From Muribaculaceae bacterium (lineage in GTDB: Bacteria > Bacillota > Clostridia > Lachnospirales > Lachnospiraceae), in the NCBI GenBank assembly GCA_023666425.1, contig JAMPCA010000001.1, positions 822,680 through 886,679 of the forward strand: a stretch of DNA of 64,000 nt, given 5' to 3'. Both the position numbers and the translations under genes were made by a program. Positions 28,645-38,563 of this stretch are shown here, one piece after another; position 1 is the first letter of the stretch, and every line of letters begins with the position of its first letter. The notes beneath the pieces were generated by a model. It did no database searches, had not been told where the DNA came from, and saw only the letters and a program-made list of their open reading frames with translations.

Positions 28645-30564
28645 TTATTTATTCTCCTCTACGCCCTTGAGCTGCACCACCGTTTTGGCCGCCTCCGTGA
28701 GAATCTCCATCTCCGGAATGCTCCCCTGCACATTGTCCACCAGATAATCCATCTCCATAATGTCCTCCGGGCTCATGGTCTGGTGCTTCTGGTTTTTGAT
28801 GGTGCCGTCCTGCGCCCGTATCTCGCTGTAGAAGGGCGCAACATCTCCCTTTTTAATATCTTCCTTGAAATGCTCCGCCAGACGCTTCACTCCGGCCGGG
28901 ACATTCTTGGAGCAGATCAGGTCGATCACCCCGGCGGACATGCCCCACCAGTAGTTTAAAGCCCGTCCCTCGTCGTTCTCCTCCGTCTGGTAAGCTCCCG
29001 CAAGAATACTCTGTATCATTTTCTCATAAAAAATACCCCAGTTCCACAACGGCATCACCAGCTTTTCAATCTCCCCGTTCTCATAGCGGTACAGACCAAA
29101 ATGGCGGCTGGCGTCCTGCGGCGTAATCATATCCTGATCGCTCACGATATGTATGTCATGCTCCATCAAAAACCTGTCTCTGTCATAGCCCTTCTTTGTA
29201 GACCACTCCAGATAAATCTGCGCCCGTGGATTCGTGAAAGTCGCGCCCAGCGCAAAGGCATTGATATTGGCAATCATCCCGTAGATCGGATAGTCCGCAA
29301 TATAGGCGATACGGTCATTTTCCGCCAGTGCCCCGGCAATCATGCCGGAAAGGAATTTTGCCTCATACATGCGGGCGTAATAGGTGCGGATATACTTGTG
29401 CGGCGTATTCAGGCTGCAGTTTAGGATCTTCACATCCGGATGATCCACCGCAATCTTAAGGCTCTGCGGCATCATCTGGGGTCCGATCTCGAATATGATA
29501 TCCGCCCCCTGGCGCATCACGTCCGTGAGCACCGTCTCGATATTGTCCTCACGGACGTCCGTAACGCAGAGCGTCTCAATCTGATCCGGGAAAGTCTCCT
29601 CCAGATAGCTCCTCCCAAGCTCATGGGCATAAATCCAGTCCGAATCCTCCGGTGACTTCGGATAGAGGAAAGCCGCCGTCAGCTTCTTTGAGGAGACGGG
29701 CAAAAAATAGCTGAACAGATTCTTTTTCTGCACCTCCTTCGGATCCATGACAAGACCGACGCTCTTCTTCTCGCACAGCATCACAAACTCATTCCAGCAC
29801 TTGATGATATTCGCATTGAGTTCCGCATCCGTCATCTTTGCCACGGCCTCGTAGCCGTATACATTGACAAAGGCAGTAAAAGCGTCTCCCACCCGGATCG
29901 GAAGCTTTTTTCCTCCCCTGAAGTGGTAAGCCTTTGAAAAATGCAGGATCAGGCTGGTGAAATCCTGCCGGACAATATCGTCCCACTCCCGGATATCCCC
30001 CATCAGGCCGATCAGTTTCTCCGCCATTCCCAGCTTGGAAAATTCGACATTGTTGACCCCGGTCAGAGCATTAAACTTTACATACTCATAATAGAGCCGG
30101 ATATCCTCATCCTCCGAGTACTTCGGAAGCTTTCTGGTCACATTCGCCATGATGGAATCTGCCTTAAAATACTTGAGAACGCTGACCCTCTTATTGCCCT
30201 CCAGCACATAATAGCGGTTGCGGTACTCATAGGCCTTGATCGGGTCACGGATTCCCTCGTTCATCTGGGCGTCGGATAAATTGGCCCATTTGATGGCAAA
30301 TTCTGTCTTTTCGCCCAGAATCGGCATAAAATTGGCAGCGAAGGAAAACGTCCGCCCCATGGTGGTCGTCCCCACGACAAACTCCAGGGGAATCTGTATG
30401 AGTCCCATGTTCTGCTCGGTCTGGATCTCCTCTCTGGACAAAATATCGTCTAAAACAGGCAGATACGGGAAGCGTCCGCCCACCACACATGCCTTATATT
30501 CCCTTTTTCCAAGCTTTAATGCTTCACTGTATTCTAATTCTCCCATTTTTCTCCTCTTTTCCAC
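28645..30564 (-). CDS. cytoplasmic fusion protein: ParB/Srx-like N-terminal domain plus BMP-family (PnrA-like nucleoside-binding) domain
   Basis: N-terminal region has a ParB/sulfiredoxin-like motif (YEYRNRYYVLEGNKRVSVLKYF). C-terminal about 330 aa match the BMP/PnrA periplasmic-binding fold (DYPIYGMIANINAFALGA). No signal peptide or lipobox. Sits 12 bp upstream of the metallophosphoesterase. Confidence 0.6.
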   Translation of the reverse strand: MEKRRKMGELEYSEALKLGKREYKACVVGGRFPYLPVLDDILSREEIQTEQNMGLIQIPLEFVVGTTTMGRTFSFAANFMPILGEKTEFAIKWANLSDAQMNEGIRDPIKAYEYRNRYYVLEGNKRVSVLKYFKADSIMANVTRKLPKYSEDEDIRLYYEYVKFNALTGVNNVEFSKLGMAEKLIGLMGDIREWDDIVRQDFTSLILHFSKAYHFRGGKKLPIRVGDAFTAFVNVYGYEAVAKMTDAELNANIIKCWNEFVMLCEKKSVGLVMDPKEVQKKNLFSYFLPVSSKKLTAAFLYPKSPEDSDWIYAHELGRSYLEETFPDQIETLCVTDVREDNIETVLTDVMRQGADIIFEIGPQMMPQSLKIAVDHPDVKILNCSLNTPHKYIRTYYARMYEAKFLSGMIAGALAENDRIAYIADYPIYGMIANINAFALGATFTNPRAQIYLEWSTKKGYDRDRFLMEHDIHIVSDQDMITPQDASRHFGLYRYENGEIEKLVMPLWNWGIFYEKMIQSILAGAYQTEENDEGRALNYWWGMSAGVIDLICSKNVPAGVKRLAEHFKEDIKKGDVAPFYSEIRAQDGTIKNQKHQTMSPEDIMEMDYLVDNVQGSIPEMEILTEAAKTVVQLKGVEENK

Positions 30565-30707
30565 AAATATTGTTCCACTTATGATTCCAATTTTACCACA
30601 ACTGTGTTATGATACCAATGGGGAAATTAAATTTAAAAAATTTCTTCCCTTCTCCCGCCAAATTTGATATAATAGTGCTGGGAAATAGGTACTATGGAGG
30701 AGACTAT

Positions 30708-31289
30708 ATGGAAAAAATAACCCAGGAACAGGCAGATGTCATTGGGGAAGTGGCCAATATCTGTACCGGAACGGCCGCGACGACGCTGAGCATGATCATC
30801 AACCACCCGACGAACATCTCGACGCCTAAAGTGGATATCCTCTACAACGAGGAATCCCTCTCACGCGATGACCGCATTTTGGTCAAGGTTCCTTACACCA
30901 AGGGACTGGATGGAACAAATTTAATGGTTCTAGATGTAAAGGACGCGCTGATTATTGCCGATTTAATGATGGGGGGCAGTGGCACGGACACCTCGCATCT
31001 GCAGATTGATGACCTTACGCTCTCTGCGATTGCCGAGGCGATGAACCAGATGTGCGGAGCGATTGCGACTTCAATGGCCTCTCTGATGAACATACCCACA
31101 GATATCGGCTACCCCCTTATCAATTCCAAATACAAGAAATCCTTCGAGATTCCGGAGGAGCTCTGTAATGGAACGGACATTGTTAAGGTGACTCTTCGGC
31201 TTATTGTCGAAAATCTGATTGACAGCGAGTTAATTCAGTTGTATCCTATTAGTATTGTGAAACAGATTTTAAAACAGGAGGATTTATAA
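30708..31289 (+). CDS. cheC: CheC-family chemotaxis protein (CheY-P phosphatase)
   Basis: Two CheC-type repeats (ADVIGEVANICTGTAATTLS and LSAIAEAMNQMCGAIATSMA). Start set at the ATG at 30708 with a GGAGG SD. Track ORF starts at 30609. Confidence 0.75.
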   Translation: MEKITQEQADVIGEVANICTGTAATTLSMIINHPTNISTPKVDILYNEESLSRDDRILVKVPYTKGLDGTNLMVLDVKDALIIADLMMGGSGTDTSHLQIDDLTLSAIAEAMNQMCGAIATSMASLMNIPTDIGYPLINSKYKKSFEIPEELCNGTDIVKVTLRLIVENLIDSELIQLYPISIVKQILKQEDL

Positions 31290-31649
31290 ATGGCAAAGAT
31301 ATTGATTGTTGACGACGCAGCATTTATGCGAATGATGCTCAAGGACATCTTAACCAAGGGTGGCTTCGAGATTGCAGGTGAAGCTGCCGACGGTAACGAA
31401 GCCGTTGCCAAGTACAATGAATTGAAGCCGGATCTTGTGACTCTGGACATCACCATGCCAAACAAAGATGGTATTCAGGCCTTAAAGGAAATCAAAGCGG
31501 CGGATCCCGGCGCTACCTGTGTGATGTGTTCCGCAATGGGACAGCAGTCCATGGTTATCGAGGCGATCCAGTCTGGCGCAAAGGATTTCATCGTAAAGCC
31601 GTTTCAGGCTGACCGTGTACTGGAATCCATCCGCAAGGTACTGGGTTAA
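31290..31649 (+). CDS. cheY: CheY-like single-domain response regulator
   Basis: 119 aa. Receiver domain with DD, the phospho-acceptor D in VTLDITMP, and a conserved K. Starts 1 nt after cheC. Confidence 0.9.
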   Translation: MAKILIVDDAAFMRMMLKDILTKGGFEIAGEAADGNEAVAKYNELKPDLVTLDITMPNKDGIQALKEIKAADPGATCVMCSAMGQQSMVIEAIQSGAKDFIVKPFQADRVLESIRKVLG

Positions 31650-31793
31650 TTGGGGAAGTCGATTATACAGAGGACATACATAACCCCATATATAATGCAA
31701 ATAAATAATCTCGCAGGGATCTGAAATTTATTTTTGGATTGCTGGGGGGTTATTTGTTGTATTTGCTTATATTCCTTTTTGCATCTAAAAATA

Positions 31794-31838
31794 TACAAAA
31801 ACGGAATTCCCTTTCGGGAACTCCGTCTTATTTATCTT
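31794..31838. terminator. bidirectional terminator between cheY and mecA
   Basis: ACGGAATTCCC-TTTC-GGGAACTCCGT flanked by an A-run and a T-run. Confidence 0.6.
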
Positions 31839-31854
31839 CTATTTCGCTCTCTGT

Positions 31855-32502
31855 TTAGAGCTGGCGCAGCGTCTCAATGGCGCTGCTTTCTATAATCCGT
31901 TCTCCATGCTCCTCGATATACGCCTTGCGCTCCGCTCCCACCAGCAGATCCATGGCATACTCGTCTGTCAGGGACGACAGCCGTCTCACCTCGTCCTCTT
32001 CCATATGGGAAAAATCCACAATCAGATAATACGCATTCCGGTACTTATACAATGCGTTCGGCACTTCCATGGAAACCGCCTGCCTTGCGAAACGAATCAG
32101 GGTATCCATATCCGGGAATACCAGGGTAACGAGCACCCGCACTTCCTCATCCTGCGCGCCGTCTCTGGCTGCCTGGATTTCCTCCCACTTCTGCTGTGGA
32201 ATCGCATTCAAAAGGCTGTTCACAATGTCCTTTAAGTGCTCCATCATGCCCTCGGCTCCCGGATGCTCTGAAAACGTCAGAGAAAGCGTGTGATCAGACA
32301 TAAAGTCCGCCCGCACAGTCTTCACACCCAGCTCAAATTTTGTCTCGAACTGCTGCTCCGCCAGATCAAAAATCTGATTCATAAACTCCTGCGTGCGCTC
32401 ACCGTTGCTCATAATTTCATCCAACGTGTACCCCAGATCCGAGATTTCCTCTTCAGAGATGACACAACGTATTGTGTGCTTTCCTATGCGTGAAAATTCC
32501 AT
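31855..32502 (-). CDS. mecA: adaptor protein MecA
   Basis: 215 aa. Alignable end-to-end with Bacillus MecA (C-terminal YKYRNAYYLIVDF...EEHGERIIES). Confidence 0.75.
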   Translation of the reverse strand: MEFSRIGKHTIRCVISEEEISDLGYTLDEIMSNGERTQEFMNQIFDLAEQQFETKFELGVKTVRADFMSDHTLSLTFSEHPGAEGMMEHLKDIVNSLLNAIPQQKWEEIQAARDGAQDEEVRVLVTLVFPDMDTLIRFARQAVSMEVPNALYKYRNAYYLIVDFSHMEEDEVRRLSSLTDEYAMDLLVGAERKAYIEEHGERIIESSAIETLRQL

Positions 32503-32542
32503 ACCCTCACCCTCTTTCTTTTCTGTTCGTATCTCATATTCC

Positions 32543-33190
32543 CTATTCGTATTTCATCCGCTTAATCTTCTGACGAATCCTCTGCAGCGCATTGTCAACT
32601 GACTTCGGACTCTTTTGAAGCAACTCCGCAATCTGTATATAATTATACCCTTCTAAGTACAATATCAGCACCTTATTCTCCATCTTACTCAAATTACCAG
32701 TCAGACGTTTTTTAAAATCAGACCAGAGCTCCTGCTCAATGATCTGCTGTTCCGGGCTTTTTGTCTGCCCCAGAAACGCTCCGTCCTCTCCGTCATCCTC
32801 CGTCCCTGACAAGGGCACATAGGAGTTGAGCGGAAAATGCTTTTTCCGGTTGGAAGCCTCCAGCGCGGAATAGAGCTGGCGGTTCACACAGAGCTCCGCA
32901 AAATGGTAAAAGCTGCTGTCCCTGTCCTGCCTGTAGTCCCGGATTGCCTTAAACAGACCGATCATACCTTCCTGAATCAGATCCTCCGTCTCCCCGCCAA
33001 TCAGATACATGGCATTTGTCTTTTTTCGAACCAGAGGCTTATATTTCTCCAGCAGATAATCCGTAACTTCTCCATGCCCCCGGCGGATCCGTTCCACCAG
33101 TGCTTCATCTGTAAGCTCCCCTAACTGTATCTTATCGCCCTTTTCGCTCATTGTCCACCTTTTTCGGCATTTTCCATGAATTTCTTTCAA
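32543..33190 (-). CDS. sigH: RNA polymerase sigma-H factor
   Basis: 215 aa, collinear with B. subtilis SigH (EDLIQEGMIGLFKAIRDY region 2, C-terminal region 4 HTH). An alternative start at 33151 is possible. Confidence 0.85.
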   Translation of the reverse strand: MKEIHGKCRKRWTMSEKGDKIQLGELTDEALVERIRRGHGEVTDYLLEKYKPLVRKKTNAMYLIGGETEDLIQEGMIGLFKAIRDYRQDRDSSFYHFAELCVNRQLYSALEASNRKKHFPLNSYVPLSGTEDDGEDGAFLGQTKSPEQQIIEQELWSDFKKRLTGNLSKMENKVLILYLEGYNYIQIAELLQKSPKSVDNALQRIRQKIKRMKYE

Positions 33191-33933
33191 TTTTTTGCGT
33201 TTCTCTGACGAAGAGCCTCGTAGGCAAGCACCCCGGCTGCCACAGAAACATTCAGAGAATCGATATTTCCGTACATTGGAATAGCGGCCGTCATATCACA
33301 GTTCTTTTTGACCAGAGGGCTCACGCCCTCCCCCTCCGCGCCGATCACCATTCCCAGCGGTCCGGTCAGATCGACCTCATACATAGGCGTCCCGTCCATA
33401 TCCGCGCAGGCGAACCACATGCCCCGCTTTTTGAGCTCCTGCATGGTTTTTGTCAGATTTGTCACCTTTGCCACCGGCGTATAGTTAATGGCTCCCGCAG
33501 AGGTTTTCGCCACCGTCGGCGTAAGCCCCACCGCCCGGTGTCTGGGAATGACCACGCCGTGCGCGCCCACCTGATTGGCGGTTCGGATAATCGCCCCCAG
33601 ATTGTGCGGATCCTCGATCCCGTCCAGAAAAAACACAAACGGCGGCTCTCCCTTCTCTTCCGCCGCTTTCAGAATATCCTCCACCTCCGCGTAGCTGTAG
33701 GCCGCGCTGACCGCGATCACACCCTGATGCCTTCCGGTCTCAGACATCTGTTCCAGCCGTTCCTTCTCTACATAGCTGATGATACAGTCATGCTTTTTTG
33801 CCTCCCGGAGAATCGAGTTCACCGGGCCATCCTTGCAGCCGCTCTGTACATATAATTTGTCGATTGTCCTGCCGGAGCGAAATGCCTCCAGCACCGCATT
33901 GCGTCCCTCAATCCTGCTCTCTGTGTACTCCAT
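33187..33933 (-). CDS. rlmB: 23S rRNA (guanosine2251-2'-O)-methyltransferase
   Basis: SpoU/TrmH family motifs (DPHNLGAIIRTA, MDGTPMYE..IGAEGEG). Confidence 0.85.
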   Translation of the reverse strand: MEYTESRIEGRNAVLEAFRSGRTIDKLYVQSGCKDGPVNSILREAKKHDCIISYVEKERLEQMSETGRHQGVIAVSAAYSYAEVEDILKAAEEKGEPPFVFFLDGIEDPHNLGAIIRTANQVGAHGVVIPRHRAVGLTPTVAKTSAGAINYTPVAKVTNLTKTMQELKKRGMWFACADMDGTPMYEVDLTGPLGMVIGAEGEGVSPLVKKNCDMTAAIPMYGNIDSLNVSVAAGVLAYEALRQRNAKN

Positions 33934-33948
33934 ATTCCTTCCTCTCTG

Positions 33949-34398
33949 TTACAGCTTAAGTCCAAGCCCGGATACCGCCTTTTTGATAAGCTCCAGAAGC
34001 CTTTCAAACCGGTCGGTCAGATACAGATACCCCACCAGCGCCTCCAGTCCGGTAGCCCTGCGGTAATCCGCGACCGTGGCATTCTTCGCCATCGTGGGGG
34101 AATTCGCGTTGCGCCCCCTGCGGTAGATATCCGCCTCCTCCCCGGTAAGCTCCGGCAGCAAAAATTCAGCGATCTGCGCCTGCGTCGAAGCCCGCACAAT
34201 CCGGCTGGTACGCTGGTGCAGCTTATTGGGTCTTGTATTTCCCCGTCCCACCACCAGCGAGCGGATCACCAGGTCAAAAACCTCGTCTCCGATATAGGCG
34301 AGGGTCAGGGGCGAGTAGCTGCGGATATCCACAGCCTCTATGCCAAACTGTTCCATGATATACGCGTTGATTCCCTGCCCCATCATACCAGCTCCCAA
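33949..34398 (-). CDS. mrnC: mini-ribonuclease III
   Basis: 149 aa. RNase III-like LAYIGDEVFDL motif. Gene order sigH-rlmB-mrnC-cysS-cysE is conserved, as in Bacillus. Confidence 0.85.
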   Translation of the reverse strand: MGAGMMGQGINAYIMEQFGIEAVDIRSYSPLTLAYIGDEVFDLVIRSLVVGRGNTRPNKLHQRTSRIVRASTQAQIAEFLLPELTGEEADIYRRGRNANSPTMAKNATVADYRRATGLEALVGYLYLTDRFERLLELIKKAVSGLGLKL

Positions 34399-35807
34399 AC
34401 CGTTCCCTCTCTCGTATCTTTGATGCTCACGCCGCGCTGCAAAAGCTCCTCCCGGATCTCATCTGCCCGGGCAAAATCTTTCGCCTTTTTGGCTTCCCTG
34501 CGCTCCGCAATCTTTGCCCCGATAAAGGCGGTAAGCTCCTCATCTGTCCCTGCGGTTTTGGTAAGCCGTGCCCCCGCGGTCGTTAAATCCAGGGACAAAA
34601 CCTTATCAAAATCGGCAAGAAGCGCAAGCTTCGTCTTATCATTCATATCGGCTTTTACCACATCATAGACAACCGTGATTGCCATAGAAGTGTTCAAATC
34701 ACTGCAAAGGGCATCCACAAATTTTGCCCTGTACGCGGCAAAGGGCGCTTCCTGCAGCTCTCCCTCCTCTTTAAGCCCGGCAATTTTTTTCACCAGCTTC
34801 TCATAGGCGCTCTCCACATTGTCCAGATTCTCATAGGAGAAAACGAGGGGCTTGCGATAGTGGGACTGGAGACAGAACAGCCGGTAAGCCAGCGGATCAT
34901 AGCCCTTTTTCTCCAGCAATGACAAGGTCAGAAAATCCCCCCTGGACTTGCTCATCTTTCCGGTCTGGTCATTCAGATGATTCACATGGAACCAGTAATT
35001 GCACCATTTATGGCCGAGATAGGACTCGGACTGGGCGATCTCGTTGGTGTGATGTGGAAAAATATTGTCCACGCCGCCACAGTGAATATCCATGTACTCA
35101 CCCAGATGCTTCATGCTGATGCAGGAGCACTCGATATGCCAGCCCGGGTAGCCCAGCCCCCACGGGCTCTCCCATTTTAAAGCCTGATCCTCAAACTTGG
35201 ATTTTGTAAACCAGAGAACAAAATCGTTTTTATTCCGCTTATGGACGTCCTCCTCCACATCGTCGCGCACGCCGACCTGCAGCTTTTCCTTCTCCACCGC
35301 GGAGGAAAACACAAAGTAATCCGCCAGCTTACTGGTATCAAAATACACATTGCCGTTCGCCACATAGGCGTAGCCCTTTTCCAAAAGAACCGACACCATA
35401 TGTATGAACTCCGGGATACAGTTCGTCGCAGGCTCTACCACGTCGGGGCGCCTGATATTGAGCTTTTTGCAGTCGTCAAAAAAAGCGTCCGTGTAAAATC
35501 CCGCCACCTCCATAACAGTCTTGTGCTCCCGCTTCGCACCCTTTACCATCTTATCCTCGCCCGTGTCCGCATCGGAGGAGAGGTGTCCCACATCCGTGAT
35601 ATTCATCACGCGTTTCACGTCATAGCCCACATAGCGCAGGGACTTCTCCAGCACATCCTCCATGACATAGCTTCTCAGATTGCCGATGTGCGCAAAATGA
35701 TAGACGGTCGGCCCGCAGGTATACATGGAAATCTTCCCCTCTTCCCTTGGAATGACCGTCTCCACCTCCCGCGTCAGTGTATTGTAAAATTGAAATTTGT
35801 TCTCCAT
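34383..35807 (-). CDS. cysS: cysteine--tRNA ligase
   Basis: HIGH (HFAHIGN) and KMSKS motifs. Start set at MENKF (35807), which has a GGAAGGAA SD. Track ORF starts at 35909. Confidence 0.9.
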   Translation of the reverse strand: MENKFQFYNTLTREVETVIPREEGKISMYTCGPTVYHFAHIGNLRSYVMEDVLEKSLRYVGYDVKRVMNITDVGHLSSDADTGEDKMVKGAKREHKTVMEVAGFYTDAFFDDCKKLNIRRPDVVEPATNCIPEFIHMVSVLLEKGYAYVANGNVYFDTSKLADYFVFSSAVEKEKLQVGVRDDVEEDVHKRNKNDFVLWFTKSKFEDQALKWESPWGLGYPGWHIECSCISMKHLGEYMDIHCGGVDNIFPHHTNEIAQSESYLGHKWCNYWFHVNHLNDQTGKMSKSRGDFLTLSLLEKKGYDPLAYRLFCLQSHYRKPLVFSYENLDNVESAYEKLVKKIAGLKEEGELQEAPFAAYRAKFVDALCSDLNTSMAITVVYDVVKADMNDKTKLALLADFDKVLSLDLTTAGARLTKTAGTDEELTAFIGAKIAERREAKKAKDFARADEIREELLQRGVSIKDTREGTVWELV

Positions 35808-35820
35808 TGTGTATTCCTTC

Positions 35821-36828
35821 CTATATGATGTAAAACCAGGATTCGTCGAGGTCGCTGCGCTGTAACGTATCGTCCCCGCTGCGGTAGATGAGCTCCTGAC
35901 TCTTAACACTCACCTTGGTTCCTTTCCTGATCGAGCTGGTGATAAACGCGTTGCCGCCGATCACGACCCCTTCCTCAATCACCGTATCGCCGCCCAAAAT
36001 AGATGCGCCGGAGTAGATCGTCACATTGTCCCCGATGGTCGGATGCCGCTTTTTCTCCCGCAGCTCCTGCCCGCCCCTGGTGGACAGCGCGCCCAGCGTC
36101 ACGCCCTGGTAAAGCTTGACATGCCTGCCAATTTCCGTAGTCTCTCCCACTACAATGCCCGTGCCGTGGTCGATAAAAAAATATTTGTCGATGGTCGCGC
36201 CGGGGTGAATATCAATGCCCGTCTTGTTGTGGGCGTACTCCGTCATCATGCGGGGAATCAGCGGAACGTCCAGCAGAAACAGCTCATGCGCCAGCCTGAA
36301 TATGGTGATCGCATAAAGTCCCGGATACGCGTAGATGATCTCGTCCCGGCTCTTCGCCGCGGGATCCCCCTCGTAGGCCGCCTCCAGATCCGTGTCCAGA
36401 TACTCCCGCACCTTCGGAAGCTTCTGCAAAAACGCCACCGAGGTCGCCTCGGCAAATTCTGCAAGCGCCGCCTCCTCTCCCTCAAAGCGCCCCATATGGC
36501 GCATCACCACCATAATCTGCTTGTTCAGATGAAACATCACATCTTCGATCAAAGTGGAAACCGTGTGCTCCATGTTGTAGATTTTGTAGGTCTTATCCCG
36601 GAAAAATCCCGGATAGACGATGCTGAGCAGGTTCTTTAAAATATTGATGATCTCTGTCTTGTCCGGCTGATTATAAATATCCGCCCGGTCAATGACGCGC
36701 CCCTTCCTGTAGTCCGTGATAATCGCGTCTACAATATCGCCTATGTGCTCCTCTATCATGCTGGACATAGCTTTCTCCCCGTGTCTTTTATCTGCTATCA
36801 TTATATGCATCTTTGCCTCTTCTGTCAC
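35821..36828 (-). CDS. cysE: serine O-acetyltransferase (long form)
   Basis: Hexapeptide-repeat left-handed beta-helix C-terminus, with the SAT N-terminal helical domain. Confidence 0.9.
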   Translation of the reverse strand: MTEEAKMHIMIADKRHGEKAMSSMIEEHIGDIVDAIITDYRKGRVIDRADIYNQPDKTEIINILKNLLSIVYPGFFRDKTYKIYNMEHTVSTLIEDVMFHLNKQIMVVMRHMGRFEGEEAALAEFAEATSVAFLQKLPKVREYLDTDLEAAYEGDPAAKSRDEIIYAYPGLYAITIFRLAHELFLLDVPLIPRMMTEYAHNKTGIDIHPGATIDKYFFIDHGTGIVVGETTEIGRHVKLYQGVTLGALSTRGGQELREKKRHPTIGDNVTIYSGASILGGDTVIEEGVVIGGNAFITSSIRKGTKVSVKSQELIYRSGDDTLQRSDLDESWFYII

Positions 36829-36834
36829 GCATTT

Positions 36835-37374
36835 TCATGCCTGCTTATGACAGCCCTGACATCCCTCGCAGGCGCCAGACCCTGCGGGAACGCTGGCCTC
36901 GTAGAGACCTGACAGCGCGCAGACGGCCTGCGCCGCAATGCCTTCCCCGCGGCCGGAAAAACCAAGCCCCTCCTCGGTGGTCGCTTTGAGATTGACCTGA
37001 TCCTCCGCAATTTCCAGCGCCTGCGCTATATTTTTTTCCATGGCTTCCATATAGGGACGCAGCTTCGGCTTCTGGGCGATTATGGTCGCATCCACATTCT
37101 CCACCACATAGCCCTCCTCCGCAACCAGATCCCGCACGCGCTCCAAAAGCCGGATGCTGGATATTCCCTCATATGCGGGATCGTCGTCCGGGAAATGCTT
37201 CCCGATATCCCCGAGCGCTGCCGCCCCCAGAAGCGCATCCATGATGGCATGTACCAGCACATCCGCATCCGAATGCCCCAAAAGCCCAAGCGTATGCGGA
37301 ACTTCCACACCGCCGAGAACCAGCCTGCGCCCTTCTGTCAGTCTGTGAACATCATATCCCATTCCTACGCGCAT
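36835..37374 (-). CDS. ispF: 2-C-methyl-D-erythritol 2,4-cyclodiphosphate synthase
   Basis: [11 protein letters not shown] start and a conserved IspF core. Carries an unusual Cys-rich C-terminal tail of about 20 aa (ACEGCQGCH). Confidence 0.9.
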   Translation of the reverse strand: MRVGMGYDVHRLTEGRRLVLGGVEVPHTLGLLGHSDADVLVHAIMDALLGAAALGDIGKHFPDDDPAYEGISSIRLLERVRDLVAEEGYVVENVDATIIAQKPKLRPYMEAMEKNIAQALEIAEDQVNLKATTEEGLGFSGRGEGIAAQAVCALSGLYEASVPAGSGACEGCQGCHKQA

Positions 37375-37422
37375 GGTAACATCCTCCCTGCAAAAAAATT
37401 TTCAATCCGCTTATTTCATTAA

Positions 37423-37455
37423 GCGAGAAAAGCAGGACACAGTAAACCTGTGTCC
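37423..37455 (-). terminator. rho-independent terminator after pta
   Basis: Perfect 8-bp stem GGACACAG / CTGTGTCC, followed on the minus strand by TGCTTTTCTCGC. Confidence 0.5.
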
Positions 37456-37489
37456 CGCATAGGATAATTATGGAGCAAAAACAAAAAAA

Positions 37490-38479
37490 TTATGCCAGTG
37501 CAGCCGTAATAATCGCCATGGAGTATACCTCCGAGGCGTTACAGCCGCGGGAAAGATCATTGATCGGCGCGTTCAGCCCCAGAAGAATCGGGCCGTAAGC
37601 GTCGAAATGACCGAGACGCTGTGCGATCTTGTAGCCGATATTGCCCGCGCTGAGATCCGGGAAAATAAAGGTGTTCGTATGTCCTGCCACCTCGGAATCC
37701 GGGCACTTTGTCCGTGCCACACGGGGCGACACCGCCGCATCAAACTGAATCTCACCCTCGATCGGCAGGTCGGGATACTTCTTCCGCGCCTTTGCCGCCG
37801 CATTGCGCATCTTGTCCACGTCCTCTCCTTTTCCGGAACCGAAAGTGGAGTAGCTTAGGAATGCGACCTTCGGGTCTACGCCGAATATCTTCGCACATGA
37901 CGCGGCCTCCCCGCAGATCTCCACCAGCTCATCCTCCGTGGGATGGATATTGATCGCACAGTCGCTCATGGTCAGCACTTCATTCTCACCCGTCGCAGAG
38001 GGACGCACCAGAATGAAGCAGGAGGAAACGATCGTATTCCCCGGCTTCGTCTTGATCAGCTGCAGCGCCGGACGAACCGTGTCCGCTGTGGAGTAGGTCG
38101 CGCCTCCCAGCAGGGCGTCCGCCACGCCCATCTTCACAAGCATGGTTCCAAAATAATTATACTGATAAAGAAGCCCTCTCGCCTGCTCCGGGGTCACTCC
38201 CTTACTCTTTCTGAGCTCACAGAACATCTCGATCATCTCGTCCATACGGTCAAAGTTATTCGGGCCTGCGATCTCCGCTCCCCGGATATTAAAACCGCTC
38301 TCCTCCGCCGCCGCGTAGATTCTCTCCTCATCTCCCACCAGAATCGGATGCAGAAAGTTGCTGGCAAGCAGACGGGACGCCGCCTCAAGAATCCTGGGAT
38401 CTTCGCCCTCCGTAAACACGATCTTCTTCGGACTCTTTTTCAGAATGTCAATCAACTGACCAAAGCCAAACGTACTCAT
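37490..38479 (-). CDS. pta: phosphate acetyltransferase (or closely related phosphate acyltransferase)
   Basis: 329 aa, Firmicute short-form Pta/Ptb family. Confidence 0.8.
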   Translation of the reverse strand: MSTFGFGQLIDILKKSPKKIVFTEGEDPRILEAASRLLASNFLHPILVGDEERIYAAAEESGFNIRGAEIAGPNNFDRMDEMIEMFCELRKSKGVTPEQARGLLYQYNYFGTMLVKMGVADALLGGATYSTADTVRPALQLIKTKPGNTIVSSCFILVRPSATGENEVLTMSDCAINIHPTEDELVEICGEAASCAKIFGVDPKVAFLSYSTFGSGKGEDVDKMRNAAAKARKKYPDLPIEGEIQFDAAVSPRVARTKCPDSEVAGHTNTFIFPDLSAGNIGYKIAQRLGHFDAYGPILLGLNAPINDLSRGCNASEVYSMAIITAALA

Positions 38480-38563
38480 AATTGAACCTCTCCTTAATGA
38501 TAGATAAAATAATAGGTAAACCTATGCTTATTTTATACTCATTTTCCGTCAAATTCAATGTAT

